NCBI GenBank assembly: GCA_964409385.1
Contig: CAYPCY010000001.1
Span: forward strand, 232,546-296,545
Direction: 5' to 3'
DNA: 64,000 nucleotides
DNA from: an uncultured Methanosarcinales archaeon
GTDB lineage: Archaea > Nanobdellota > Nanobdellia > Woesearchaeales > CAYPCY01
Each line of letters starts with the position of its first letter. The stretch's first letter is position 1. This document shows, in pieces, positions 9,801-19,976 of the stretch. The translations under genes were made by a program, and so were the position numbers. Under the pieces are notes generated by a model. That model was not told where the DNA came from and did no database searches. It saw only the letters and a list, made by a program, of their open reading frames with translations.

Positions 9801-12800
9801 TCAGAGTCTTGAAGTCCGTTAAGGTCATACATGTACAAACAAACTTTTGCATCATCAATCTTCTTATTTGCTGGAATGCTTGAAATATCCCATTTCATTT
9901 GTATTTCTACCTTGTTTCCAGAATCTAAAGCGTGAATATCTGCCTCGTCCTCAGTATCCGTTAATTGTATTGAAGGATCAATAATTATTGGATATACTGC
10001 AAACTTGAACCAGTCATAATTCAAATTCATATAAAGCATAGTTCCAGAAACATTATAATCTAAATATTTGAAACTATTATTGGAATCAATCGCGTAAGCC
10101 CTTGGAATCTTATATTTTATATCATCATCTTTCCTAATATAAACAACTTGACTTTCAGTATCCAATGTTAATTCCATTCCTGGAATTGTTAAATTAATTG
10201 CTATAGTAAAATAATCATCAGCGCCAGGAGTTCCTTTCAATTCAGGTTTTACAGAAATATTAATTTCTTTCTCTATAGAATTTGCTAAGTAAGTATACAC
10301 TGCTGTAATGTTTGAGAATATTCCTTCATACTTGTAACTTCCTTGGTTTTCTAAACCTCCCTCTTCAGAACTTCTAGTTTCAGAAGCGGAATAGTTTCCG
10401 CCAATAGTATAACCAACACTTTCCATTTTAAAAGTGACATTAGTATCATTATGCTTCATCATAATTCCCATACTAGCATTCTTATCAAAATAAGCTTCAA
10501 ACTTTCCTTTAGTAATACACCTCTTATAATTTCCAGAGCAAAAATCTATGGTAAAGTCAATATCCTCAAATTCTCCTGAAGCGTTCTTGAAGAATTTTGA
10601 ACTTTGAAACATACTAAGTTTCCCTGCAGATGGTTCATACACTCTTTCATTCTTCCTGTCAATAGTCATTCCTGCAAATTCATCAATCTCTTCGTGGAAA
10701 ACATCAACAACTCTTGTCGTTACTTGATTTCCACATTTTAGTTTGTACTTGTAACCTCCTGGATCATCAAACATTTTTTTATAGAATTGATTTCCAGAAT
10801 CTTCCCTGGTCATATCAACAAAAGAACTCCACGTTTTACCTAGCTTCTTGAATTTTATTTTGCATACAGAATTTTCACCTGGAGCGTTACTGCCCCAAGT
10901 AGCATTGAAGGTTACATTCTCATCAACATAAATTTCTTGAGTATCACTAGTATCTGTAAAGTCTGATGGTAATGGAGGCATTATTTTAACAGCTGAAGAA
11001 TTTAATGGACTTCCATAATCTCTAGCATCATAAGGTTTGACTTCACACTTCCAAGATTCATCATCACTAGTATTTGCAGAATCAAGAACATTATTATTTA
11101 TTCCCTGACTCACATTATTTTTATACCAATCATACGCATAGGTTAAAGAGTCTGAATCTGCATCACTACCTCCTTGAGGATAACAAGTTAAATCCCTAGT
11201 TGTTAAATTATCAGGGTTTGAAGCATTCATTAAAGGAGTTGAATGGCTCGGTACTGAATTTGAAACTGTAATATTTACTTCTTTCTCTCCAGAATATGCA
11301 ATTCCATCATATGATTTTGTTCTTACTCTTATAGTGTCATGAATATCTCCAGAAGCAACTGTATAAGTTGCTGTTGTAGAATGTGCTTGTATTGTCGAAT
11401 CATCATTTATATTATGAAATTCGTAATAATAAGTTAAAGAGTCAGAATCTGCATCAGAACTTCCAGAACCTACTGCAGTTAATACTTGACTTATGTAAAT
11501 TGAAGAATTAAGACTTAATCCTGTTGGTGTTATTGGTTCAGTATTTCCTATCTGTACAACTGAAGAATTCACTGTAGTTCCTGAATAAGAATGAGCATCT
11601 ACTGGAGTATATTCAAATGTTAAATTATCATTTTTTGAAAAATTACCACTTCCTAAACTCGTGCTTGTTTCTCCAGAAATTACTGCTTTGTTCTTGAACC
11701 ATTTATATGTTGAAGAGCTAGAGTCAGAGTCTGAATCTGAAAAAGTTCCTGATCCTGTCAAATTACTAGCAGTGTATGCTGTAGAGGGACTTATTGCTAC
11801 TGAAGAAACTGAAGGAGGCCTATTAACTTCGAAAGGACTGCCTGTAATTCCAGAACCTTGAGATGATGAAGAACAATCATTATTACTGTCACAAGCAAAA
11901 GCATACCAAGAATAACTTCCTCCAAGTCTTGCTGCTGATTTAGTGCATGAAGCTTCAACTCCTGAATTAGTTAATGAACTCTCACAATAAGTAGTTGCTG
12001 AACAACTTCCTGAAAGTTGAGAATTTGAAGAACAAACTAATAAAGTGTACTGGTCAGAATCTACGTCTGTTGCAGTGACTGAAAAAGTAACGTCTGAATT
12101 ATTATTAGTTGGTGAGGAAGAACTAGAACCTCCATCTTTAGGTGGTGTAGTTATTGAAGGTGCAGAGTTTGCTACGCTACAGGTTAAAGAAGAAACTGAA
12201 CTTGTGTATGTACTTTTTCCCGCGACAAAATCACATCTTAAACCATAAGTGCCCGCACCCTCACACATTATTGTTTTAGCATATCCTGATCCTTTAGTTG
12301 GGTTAGACTGAGTACATGTTGAACCATTACAATCAACATCAGTAGCACTTGAAGGAATTGTAGAGAATGAACCGCTAGAATTATCTTTCCAATACAAAGT
12401 TGTTGATTTAGCTTTTGGATTAGCATTACGAGTACAAGTCATTGTTATAGTACTATCAACATCTGCAGAACTTGCTGATAATGAAAGTACCACGTCAGGA
12501 ACACTAGATTTTAATTCAGGTTGTTTTTCAATAATGTCAGCAGTTTTCTCTACTACTTCTTCTATAACTTCTTCTATTGGTTCTTCTTCAACAGGTTGTT
12601 TAGTAATCTCTTCAATAATATTCTCCCTGTCTATAATATCTCCTCCTCTACTAACTAAATAATCTATATTCTGAACATTAACAATTCCAGAATCCACTTT
12701 TATAAAAACAGAAAAATTTCCATGTTTCAAACTTAAATCACAACTTTCCAGACAATAATCATTAAAGCTTTCATTATTAAAATCTGCAATTAAGAATTTA

Positions 12801-13057
12801 CTTCCATCCTGCTCCACCCATATTAATCCAAAACCAGTAGTTTCTCCAGTGAAGGATATTCTTGTAGGTGTTTCAGTCAATGAATAATTTAGAACTTGAA
12901 TTCCTGTAAAACTTCCTGAAATATCTAAAGTTTCAGTAACTACAATTAATCCAGTTGGTGTATCTAAAGGTTGTAAAAGTAGAGATAGTAAAAAAGCAAA
13001 AACTATACAAATTACTATAAGTAGTTTACTATGGCCTCTCCCCCTCATGTGCCTCAA
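6827..13057 (-). CDS. Giant mosaic surface protein/adhesin (Ig-like repeats, DNRLRE-like domain, LamG, right-handed beta-helix, C-terminal repeats)
   Basis: N-terminal TM; D-x-DSD-x-x-x-Y-x-W Ig repeats; YPIIIDPS followed by WDISSIP...RPYLNVSY; YSFDGVNDY...WHLLTGTY...FNGTIDDVRIFDRVL; N-x-T-x-x-NN beta-helix. Confidence 0.85.
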   Translation of the reverse strand: MRHMRGRGHSKLLIVICIVFAFLLSLLLQPLDTPTGLIVVTETLDISGSFTGIQVLNYSLTETPTRISFTGETTGFGLIWVEQDGSKFLIADFNNESFNDYCLESCDLSLKHGNFSVFIKVDSGIVNVQNIDYLVSRGGDIIDRENIIEEITKQPVEEEPIEEVIEEVVEKTADIIEKQPELKSSVPDVVLSLSASSADVDSTITMTCTRNANPKAKSTTLYWKDNSSGSFSTIPSSATDVDCNGSTCTQSNPTKGSGYAKTIMCEGAGTYGLRCDFVAGKSTYTSSVSSLTCSVANSAPSITTPPKDGGSSSSSPTNNNSDVTFSVTATDVDSDQYTLLVCSSNSQLSGSCSATTYCESSLTNSGVEASCTKSAARLGGSYSWYAFACDSNNDCSSSSQGSGITGSPFEVNRPPSVSSVAISPSTAYTASNLTGSGTFSDSDSDSSSSTYKWFKNKAVISGETSTSLGSGNFSKNDNLTFEYTPVDAHSYSGTTVNSSVVQIGNTEPITPTGLSLNSSIYISQVLTAVGSGSSDADSDSLTYYYEFHNINDDSTIQAHSTTATYTVASGDIHDTIRVRTKSYDGIAYSGEKEVNITVSNSVPSHSTPLMNASNPDNLTTRDLTCYPQGGSDADSDSLTYAYDWYKNNVSQGINNNVLDSANTSDDESWKCEVKPYDARDYGSPLNSSAVKIMPPLPSDFTDTSDTQEIYVDENVTFNATWGSNAPGENSVCKIKFKKLGKTWSSFVDMTREDSGNQFYKKMFDDPGGYKYKLKCGNQVTTRVVDVFHEEIDEFAGMTIDRKNERVYEPSAGKLSMFQSSKFFKNASGEFEDIDFTIDFCSGNYKRCITKGKFEAYFDKNASMGIMMKHNDTNVTFKMESVGYTIGGNYSASETRSSEEGGLENQGSYKYEGIFSNITAVYTYLANSIEKEINISVKPELKGTPGADDYFTIAINLTIPGMELTLDTESQVVYIRKDDDIKYKIPRAYAIDSNNSFKYLDYNVSGTMLYMNLNYDWFKFAVYPIIIDPSIQLTDTEDEADIHALDSGNKVEIQMKWDISSIPANKKIDDAKVCLYMYDLNGLQDSDATITRVDDQSWDETITNSSYDVQSETNSTSETWSSDTINTWTCLNVTTQLKEDYASSNTYSSVRLADPDYVMSSTKSITDSASSVNFGSKLNDRQLRPKEYSTSSQRPYLNVSYSNLTVVPNLENVTLTSTGSNKSSDNLTVSFDVSDPDGDSVFNTTDWRRNATSIAVVNMRLDFKNNSGVKDASSHSNDASVSSATWTSSGHLGGAYSFDGVNDYLEIGHSASLNVTDNITVMAWVKTDNEGYVIVKDVGSTTTNYEVFDGWESNSISSNWSVVTNDATYSSVDVQASGCSSPYAGTYYLWMDVTTNNNYVTNVLKTNFSMENASDIMIAFYHKETGEESHQVADHSGDTPCAAGSSGACGDGVFFTCNGTYWYRLESLTTVETNWGLHDLDVSADSDFCADVTSDFGLKIMQHDNYKCSSDGRGFDNLNITYKVVDVNPSSEVPFVLSTLNGGEFSIINSSTEYNVTYSGDLNDGNWHLLTGTYTKGNLSLYVDGTYQGSNTDFNGLLPTTPGAVWVGRNYTTASSSGYFNGTIDDVRIFDRVLTAEQIKLFFENDTRTLYSGETIIGDNWTVSVTSSDYYSETAASTSNHLIIDPQVSCGDIITADTNMDQDVIGCSGDYIVNITASNVDFDCKGYTLNGTATRGINAMNVENLTIKNCDISKTGSNGIFFHTVSTSTVDNNTVNVSSSYPLGINFGGRNTFTNNTCEAGSIGVLVSGSHNNTIQDNTFIAVNRALYFKVAPTDGNQLINTDLKASSSKIISGSSPNGYIVYKNSFGVINWSSIEILEAGDLVFGTNPIISSNNIYFDRDAIPTLNNSANLTLFNISILGTAKPFRDGSVCSDSICSSFTNVSDDYYFSVTRFSNYSVDNIPNSNKFVIENSTGAVVASVDDVGNVYLKGSLLQSQSSLVPGSNSFIVQNNTGGVVAYFADNGSLFLSGALTEQSSMSLSISALQFRNSSNDLVGYVDNTGAMKISGEVSENFADP

Positions 13058-13153
13058 GAACTTTTAGAAGAATTTACTATATAAAACTTCCTAAATTTTA
13101 GAGAAATTTTGAAGTTCTAAATCTGCAAATCATATTTAGTAACTTGCGTTATT

Positions 13154-13198
13154 GAAAAGGTTTTTATACTACAAAACATACGAAAATTTAAGAGGTGA
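13154..13198 (+). promoter_or_regulatory. Archaeal BRE-TATA promoter and SD of gap
   Basis: GAAAAGG-TTTTTATA at 13154-13168; GAGGTGA just before the ATG. Confidence 0.55.
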
Positions 13199-14565
<1,367 letters not shown>

Positions 14566-14612
14566 AACAAAAAAAAGAAAAAATGTTGAGTTTAAAATTA
14601 TTTTGTTTTGAA

Positions 14613-14631
14613 AAGCCTCTGAAGGGAGTTG
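14613..14631 (-). repeat. 19-bp duplicate of the tRNA-Thr 3' end
   Basis: AAGCCTCTGAAGGGAGTTG at 14613-14631 and 14702-14720. Confidence 0.9.
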
Positions 14632-14702
14632 TCTGCGAAATTAAGAATTTCTTGAGTTCAAAACAAGTTATGAACAACCTTGTTCAACAAATAACATGAA
14701 CA

Positions 14703-14794
14703 AGCCTCTGAAGGGAGTTGAACCCTCAACCTCCACTTATCTCGGAAAAGTAATTAATACGAGAGTGGTGCTCTAGCCATTAAGCTACAGAGGC
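14703..14794 (-). tRNA. tRNA-Thr(CGU) with 19-nt intron at canonical 37/38 (intron 14739-14757)
   Basis: Cloverleaf GCCTCTG/CAGAGGC, D arm GCTT/GAGC, anticodon stem CCACT/AGTGG, T loop TTCAACT; CTCG/CGAG central helix of a BHB; U discriminator; no encoded CCA. Confidence 0.92.
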
Positions 14795-14795
14795 A

Positions 14796-14918
14796 TTAGT
14801 TAGTCTTTTGGCACTTGTTGCAAATTACTTTTTGCTTTCCCTTCTCTTTCACATAAGTTCCAATTATCTTATTCAAGAAAGTAGTTTCTATTTTTGCTTT
14901 GCATTTTGAACATTTCAT
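14796..14918 (-). CDS. 40-aa CxxC/CxxC zinc-finger microprotein
   Basis: MKCSKCKAKIETTFLNKIIGTYVKEKGKQKVICNKCQKTN; not in ORF track. Confidence 0.75.
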   Translation of the reverse strand: MKCSKCKAKIETTFLNKIIGTYVKEKGKQKVICNKCQKTN

Positions 14919-14990
14919 TTAATTAGTAAATATTAAGAATATTATAAAAGTTATCAAAAACATTTTATATTTCTAACAATAACAATTAAC

Positions 14991-15209
14991 ATGAGTCTTG
15001 AAAATAAAGTAAGATTTAATCCTTGATGGAACCTTTTAGAAACTATTTCTTCAAGATATGGTAAGGATGCTATAAAGAATTTTTCAAAATATTCTAATAT
15101 TAAAGATTATGATGAATTAATTAAACAAAAAGCTATTTATTCCAATTCGAGGAAGAAACATGAACAGAAACATTCTCTTCAGGAGTTACCTTCAGAGACT
15201 TATAAGTAG
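14991..15209 (+). pseudogene. Possible gene remnant with in-frame TGA at codon 12
   Basis: MSLENKVRFNP*WNLLETISSRYG...; TATA-like element upstream. Confidence 0.3.
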
Positions 15210-15315
15210 TTCCTTTCTTAGCATTCACTTCCCTATGAGTATTATCACAAAATGGCAATGTTTTACTATATCCACAAGTGCAAAATTTATATTTCAATCC
15301 TTTCTTTAATTTCAT
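15133..15315 (-). CDS. CDGSH-type iron-sulfur protein
   Basis: C-x-C-G-x-S-x-x-x-PFCD-x-x-H. Confidence 0.9.
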   Translation of the reverse strand: MKLKKGLKYKFCTCGYSKTLPFCDNTHREVNAKKGTTYKSLKVTPEENVSVHVSSSNWNK

Positions 15316-15896
15316 AATGCCAACACCAATAACCCTACTGCTAATAACATTGATACTGCATAAACTCCTTTATTCCAAGCAAATACTTTCTTACCATCAA
15401 ATATTCCAAACGGTAATAAATTAAATACTGCAAGCCATGCATTTATTATGTAACCATAAGTAAAGAAATCTTTAATTAATGAATTATCTGATGAAACTAC
15501 TAGAACTGCACATATTAAATAAACCACGCCCAAAAATACATTCATCATAGGCCCAGCCAGTGAAATTATTCCGTTTTGTTTTTTAGAAACCCTTCCTGAA
15601 ATCATTACTGCTCCAGGAGCTACTAGTATAAATCCTAAGAAACTCATTAATACTGCGAGCATTAGCATTGTTGTATTTGCTCTGAATTCTGCCCAACATT
15701 TATATTTTTGTGCAACGAATTTATGACTTAGTTCATGAAGTAAAAAAGCTATTCCTACAGTGAATGCTGATAAGAATATGCCTTCTAAGAACTTAAAACT
15801 TAAAGAAAATCCTTCATTAATTAGAATTGCAAAGGCAATGGATAATGCAAACCATGCCTTGAACAAATCTTCCTTTTCTAGTTTGGAAAACTTCAT
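15312..15896 (-). CDS. Site-2 protease (peptidase M50 family)
   Basis: HELSH, AGP-x-x-N, FNLLPFGIFDG, multiple TMs. Confidence 0.92.
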   Translation of the reverse strand: MKFSKLEKEDLFKAWFALSIAFAILINEGFSLSFKFLEGIFLSAFTVGIAFLLHELSHKFVAQKYKCWAEFRANTTMLMLAVLMSFLGFILVAPGAVMISGRVSKKQNGIISLAGPMMNVFLGVVYLICAVLVVSSDNSLIKDFFTYGYIINAWLAVFNLLPFGIFDGKKVFAWNKGVYAVSMLLAVGLLVLAL

Positions 15897-16198
15897 TCTG
15901 AAAGCATTCTTGCAAGTATTGCAATCACAAACAATGCAATTCCTATAGTTAAATAGCCAGAACCTGTTGTAAATCCTGTCTTTGCCTCAAAAAATTGTGC
16001 TAATCCTATAAGGATAAACACCACTCCTGTTAATGTTATTATTACTGTTGCTAATGCCTTTGCAACTTTTTCCACAATATGATCTGCTTTCTTTTCAACA
16101 TTAGACATGGTTTCCTTAACTAGTACTTTAACATCAACCAATCCCCTAATAAATTTGTTTAGTGAAAAGCAACTTATTGCATCTTTTGTTTTTTTCAT
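15893..16198 (-). CDS. Small two-TM membrane protein
   Basis: Two C-terminal hydrophobic helices; coupled overlaps with both neighbours. Confidence 0.7.
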   Translation of the reverse strand: MKKTKDAISCFSLNKFIRGLVDVKVLVKETMSNVEKKADHIVEKVAKALATVIITLTGVVFILIGLAQFFEAKTGFTTGSGYLTIGIALFVIAILARMLSE

Positions 16199-16311
16199 TA
16201 TTTACCTCCACAAGCATGTTTTACTTTACAAGCATCACATAATAGTATGCCACAACTTGGACAAGTATCTCTTGATATTCTCTTCTCACAAGACTGACAT
16301 TCTAGCTGCAT
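16198..16311 (-). CDS. 37-aa Cys-rich zinc-finger microprotein
   Basis: MQLECQSCEKRISRDTCPSCGILLCDACKVKHACGGK; TAATG overlap with next gene; not in ORF track. Confidence 0.75.
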   Translation of the reverse strand: MQLECQSCEKRISRDTCPSCGILLCDACKVKHACGGK

Positions 16312-16472
16312 ATAAATTTTTTTGTTTTAATTGTTTTTAATGTTTTCTTAAGTAAGAAAGTTTTAAATAATTAAAAAATTAAAGATTTTTTAAACTTAAA
16401 ACTTGCAGTTCTAAACTCAAAATTTACTTTAGTAAATTTTAAATATACTAATCCCTAAACTATTAGTGGGGG

Positions 16473-16745
16473 TTGTATATGGATAGCGACGAATTTGATG
16501 AGTTAATGAAAATTCAAAAGCGAGCAGCTTCTAGAATTATTGAAGAAAGTAATGAGGATGATAAAATTTCTTTAATAACTATTATTAATGAACTTTCAGT
16601 TTCTAAAAAAAGAATTCCTGTAGAATCAGTTATTTTAGAGGCTGAACAACAAGATATTTCTGAATCTACTGCTATTTCTTTATTAGACCAATTAAAAAAA
16701 GACAGAATAATTAAAGTAGAAGAGGGTTTTATTCAGTTTTCTTAA
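16473..16745 (+). CDS. Stand-alone winged-helix protein (MCM C-terminal WH-like); likely start ATG 16479
   Basis: IPVESVILEA...LLDQLKKDRIIKVEEGFI pattern. Confidence 0.6.
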   Translation: MYMDSDEFDELMKIQKRAASRIIEESNEDDKISLITIINELSVSKKRIPVESVILEAEQQDISESTAISLLDQLKKDRIIKVEEGFIQFS

Positions 16746-17079
16746 ATTTTAAGGCTAAATCTTGAGTATATTCAATATTTTCATTAATAGCAATGAAAAC
16801 TTTTTCTAACTCTTTTCCTAAATATGCCCAATGTTCAGGTCTTAATGTTAAATCCATTGAAACTAGCTTGTGATATATTTGTTGGGGAGTAACTCCATTT
16901 ATTTGAAAGATTATTTCATGATCATTATTAACAAATCCCACTTCTATCTTTCTAGTTTCCTTATTAGATCTTATTAAAAAATAGCCTTTTGGGTCTTGCA
17001 TCCAGAAAATGTCAGATACTTTAGCTTCAAAAACATGAAAATTTTTAGTTTTTACCTGATTTTCTAATTCTACCTTCAT
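16729..17079 (-). CDS. DUF4346 family protein
   Basis: DPKGYFLI...EH-x-AYLGKELEK...YTQD. Confidence 0.85.
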   Translation of the reverse strand: MKVELENQVKTKNFHVFEAKVSDIFWMQDPKGYFLIRSNKETRKIEVGFVNNDHEIIFQINGVTPQQIYHKLVSMDLTLRPEHWAYLGKELEKVFIAINENIEYTQDLALKFKKTE

Positions 17080-17116
17080 TTAAGCTAGAAATTGGACTCT
17101 ATTTAAAAAACTTAAG

Positions 17117-17143
17117 AAAAAAAGGGTTGGAATTAATCCAACC
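17117..17143 (-). terminator. Hairpin plus oligo-T terminator
   Basis: GGTTGGA-ttaat-TCCAACC followed by C and T7, immediately after the stop codon. Confidence 0.75.
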
Positions 17144-17284
17144 TTACTTGCCTAGAATTCTAAACATTCCAGTGCTACAGTTAGGACAAGAACCTTTCAT
17201 AGCTTTTCTGCCATTTTTCATTGTAGTTTCTTTCCCGTTACTAATTTCTCTTTTTGCTTTGCATTTTACACAGTATCCTTCCAT
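17144..17284 (-). CDS. DUF5679-like zinc-ribbon microprotein (46 aa)
   Basis: MEGYCVKCKAKREI...MKNGRKAMKGSCPNCSTGMFRILGK; GAGGTGG SD; not in ORF track. Confidence 0.85.
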   Translation of the reverse strand: MEGYCVKCKAKREISNGKETTMKNGRKAMKGSCPNCSTGMFRILGK

Positions 17285-17348
17285 GTTACCACCTCAAAAG
17301 TGATTATGAGCTCATCGTATATATATTTTGTGCTTATTTGAGCATAAT

Positions 17349-19649
17349 TTAGTAGCTAAAAAGAGTTTTTTGTTTGTTTCCTTGCAGTAAATCATCAAAA
17401 TTAACTGAATAAAAGCTTAAAACAGAGTCTGCTAATGGTTTTATTTGTTTTGTAATGTAATGTTCATAATCTAATTTACTTTTCAATTTTTGGATTGGTT
17501 CAGGACCATTCTCAGTAATTACATACTTTATCACATTATCTTCTATCTTATCAAGTAATCTTGCTGCTTTCACGTGTGGAGGGGTTGTTTTCACATATTC
17601 TGAAAGTTCTTTTCTCAACGCTTTTCTATAAACTAGTAATGAATCATACTTTCCTTTCTTTAAATCATCTACGAATTTTTTTACAAAATCTGCAACTTCT
17701 TTCTTGTGAAATATTCTATCTAATAATTCCAACTGGAATTTTTTAGAAAGTTCTGTCCAATCCCTTCTTACAAATTCTAGTCCTGTAAACTCTATTTTTT
17801 CCTTTCCTTTTTTATTTATCAAACCAGCATATCTTTTCTTTGCTCCTTTTTCACTTCCTCTGGCTCTTGGCATTAAGAATCTAATATATGTTTTTTCAAA
17901 TTCCAATTCTAAAAAGCTATTTTGTTTATGAACATCTTTAACATGATTGTCAAAGTGAGAATTAATCTTTTTTTCTATTTTCTTCCCTATAATTTCTGCT
18001 TGTTTTTCTGTTTTAACATTTAAATTCACAAATATTGAATCAGTATCTCCATATATTACTTCATGACCTTCTTGCTCTATTAATTTTGCAGATGTTTTTA
18101 TTATATAATGTCCAAAGCTTGTTATCGCATTTGTTAAGTCATAATTGTAAAACCTACAATTTGGAGATGCTAACACCCCATAGAATGAATTCATTAATAT
18201 TTTAATAGCATATCTTGCCAGTTCATTCTTTGATTTTCTTGCTTTTTCTCTTTCTTCCCATAAGTGTTGAATAATTTCTGGAAGGATTCCTTCTTCTCTA
18301 CTAAAACCAACTTCATTATGTGTAATTATTAAATTTCTTTTAGTTTTGTTTTTGGGAACAAAAGTTAAAGGGTCTATATTGAAAGTTCTTATAATACTTG
18401 GATATAAACTCTTAAAATCGCAAACTATTACAAAATCATAAATTCCTGGTTTACTTTGCATTACAAAACCACCAGTCGTTTTTTCTTTTACTTCCTTGAA
18501 TTTTAATGTTGGAGCTACATAACCTCTAGATCTTAATTTTTTCAGATATACAGAATCCAAGCTAGCAATGCTTGCCATTACCCTATCTAATGGCATTCCA
18601 GTAAGTAAACTTCTTTGTAATGTTAAGTCTAAAGCTCCTGATTTTTCAAGTATTTCAATTACTAATTCTGAATCTGTCAAATTATATTTTACTAGTTTGT
18701 TTTGATTATTCTTGTATAAATCTTCGATTTCCTTGCCTTTATTCTTGAATGAAATAGTTTTTTTCTTTCCTGTAAATTTTTCTGCTGCAGTATCCAACTT
18801 ATAATCAGGTAGATTAATGAATGATGTCTTTAACATTTTTATTCCATCCAGAATCATTCTTCCAGGGAAGTCTGCTTTAGAATCTCTCATGAAACCACTT
18901 TCTATTCTTAAACTACAAGGCCAGCTTGCCCTTCCAAGATCAAATTTTATTTTGTATTGCCTGAATTTTTTTTGTAGTATGAAAAGATCAAAATCTATCA
19001 AGTTCCATCCAGTTATTATATCAGGATCCAAACTATTAATCATTTCCTTAAATCTTTGTAACATTAATTTTTCTGTTGGGAAAGAAATTGCATTAGCCAC
19101 TTTATTTTTAGAAACTATAATGACCTTCTTGTAATCTTTAGAATATAATGATATACAATAAATATTCTTTAAGTCCATGCTAGTTTCTATATCTATCGCT
19201 AAAGTTTTTAATTTTGGAATAAACTCTGCAGGTTTTAATTTTGGTTCTTCATAAAATTCAATTCCTTCTTTTGATTTTGAATTCCCTTCAATTTCTATAC
19301 TTCCTTGTAAATTATTGTCAATCATGAATCGGTATTCAAACCTAATATCTGCTTCATAACTTGTTATTTTATGATCTTCAAATTTTTCTCTTAATAATTT
19401 AATATCTCTTGGAATATCTAGAATTACTTTAGTTAGTTTGTTTCCTTCAAAATTTTTTAAGTTAGTATTTTCAAAAGTTACCTTTACTAATTTTTTGGCT
19501 TTTGAAACATCAGAAGTTGTTATGAAAAAGTATGGTTTATAATGATTTTTTGTTATGAATGATTTTCCATTTTGTAAACGTCCAAATAAGTAAATATACG
19601 CCCTGCCCTTTTCTTCCTTATAAGTTGGATAAACTATGAATCCTTTCAT
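17349..19649 (-). CDS. polB: Family B DNA polymerase (Pol II-like)
   Basis: DIET, GWN-x-x-x-FD, DFKSLYPSII, KILMNSFYG, YGDTDS, KKRYAG; C-terminal QKTLFSY. Confidence 0.95.
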   Translation of the reverse strand: MKGFIVYPTYKEEKGRAYIYLFGRLQNGKSFITKNHYKPYFFITTSDVSKAKKLVKVTFENTNLKNFEGNKLTKVILDIPRDIKLLREKFEDHKITSYEADIRFEYRFMIDNNLQGSIEIEGNSKSKEGIEFYEEPKLKPAEFIPKLKTLAIDIETSMDLKNIYCISLYSKDYKKVIIVSKNKVANAISFPTEKLMLQRFKEMINSLDPDIITGWNLIDFDLFILQKKFRQYKIKFDLGRASWPCSLRIESGFMRDSKADFPGRMILDGIKMLKTSFINLPDYKLDTAAEKFTGKKKTISFKNKGKEIEDLYKNNQNKLVKYNLTDSELVIEILEKSGALDLTLQRSLLTGMPLDRVMASIASLDSVYLKKLRSRGYVAPTLKFKEVKEKTTGGFVMQSKPGIYDFVIVCDFKSLYPSIIRTFNIDPLTFVPKNKTKRNLIITHNEVGFSREEGILPEIIQHLWEEREKARKSKNELARYAIKILMNSFYGVLASPNCRFYNYDLTNAITSFGHYIIKTSAKLIEQEGHEVIYGDTDSIFVNLNVKTEKQAEIIGKKIEKKINSHFDNHVKDVHKQNSFLELEFEKTYIRFLMPRARGSEKGAKKRYAGLINKKGKEKIEFTGLEFVRRDWTELSKKFQLELLDRIFHKKEVADFVKKFVDDLKKGKYDSLLVYRKALRKELSEYVKTTPPHVKAARLLDKIEDNVIKYVITENGPEPIQKLKSKLDYEHYITKQIKPLADSVLSFYSVNFDDLLQGNKQKTLFSY

Positions 19650-19763
19650 AAGAATTCTTAATACTGAATATTATATAAATTTAGTGGGTTGTTTGCAATT
19701 TTCTCGAAAATTAATAAGTAATCAGAACAAAACAAAATTAATAAGTTTTTTATTGCTTATATT

Positions 19764-19976
19764 ATGAGAATAATATTTAGTTTTCATGCTTTACAGCAAA
19801 GTAAAAGAAGAAAAATTCCTAAACTTTTAATTATTGAAACAGTCAAGTTTCCTGATGCACTTATTAATACAGGAAATAAACAATATGCAATAAAAAAATT
19901 CAAGGAAAAGAGTTTAAAAGTTGTTTATGTTAAGGAAAAGCATATAAAGATTATAACCTCTTATTACATAAAATGA
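19764..19976 (+). CDS. DUF4258-like putative toxin
   Basis: IFS-x-HA...R-x-I...KVVY...IIT-x-Y; overlaps DUF2283 gene. Confidence 0.8.
   Translation: MRIIFSFHALQQSKRRKIPKLLIIETVKFPDALINTGNKQYAIKKFKEKSLKVVYVKEKHIKIITSYYIK

Noticed and set aside
14613..14720. attL/attR of an intact integrated element
   Set aside because: Only 70 bp separate the repeats and no integrase is present; kept only as a scar
14991..15209. TGA recoding or selenoprotein
   Set aside because: TGA is used as a normal stop in many genes here (ATGA overlaps); no supporting motif; more likely a remnant or chance ORF
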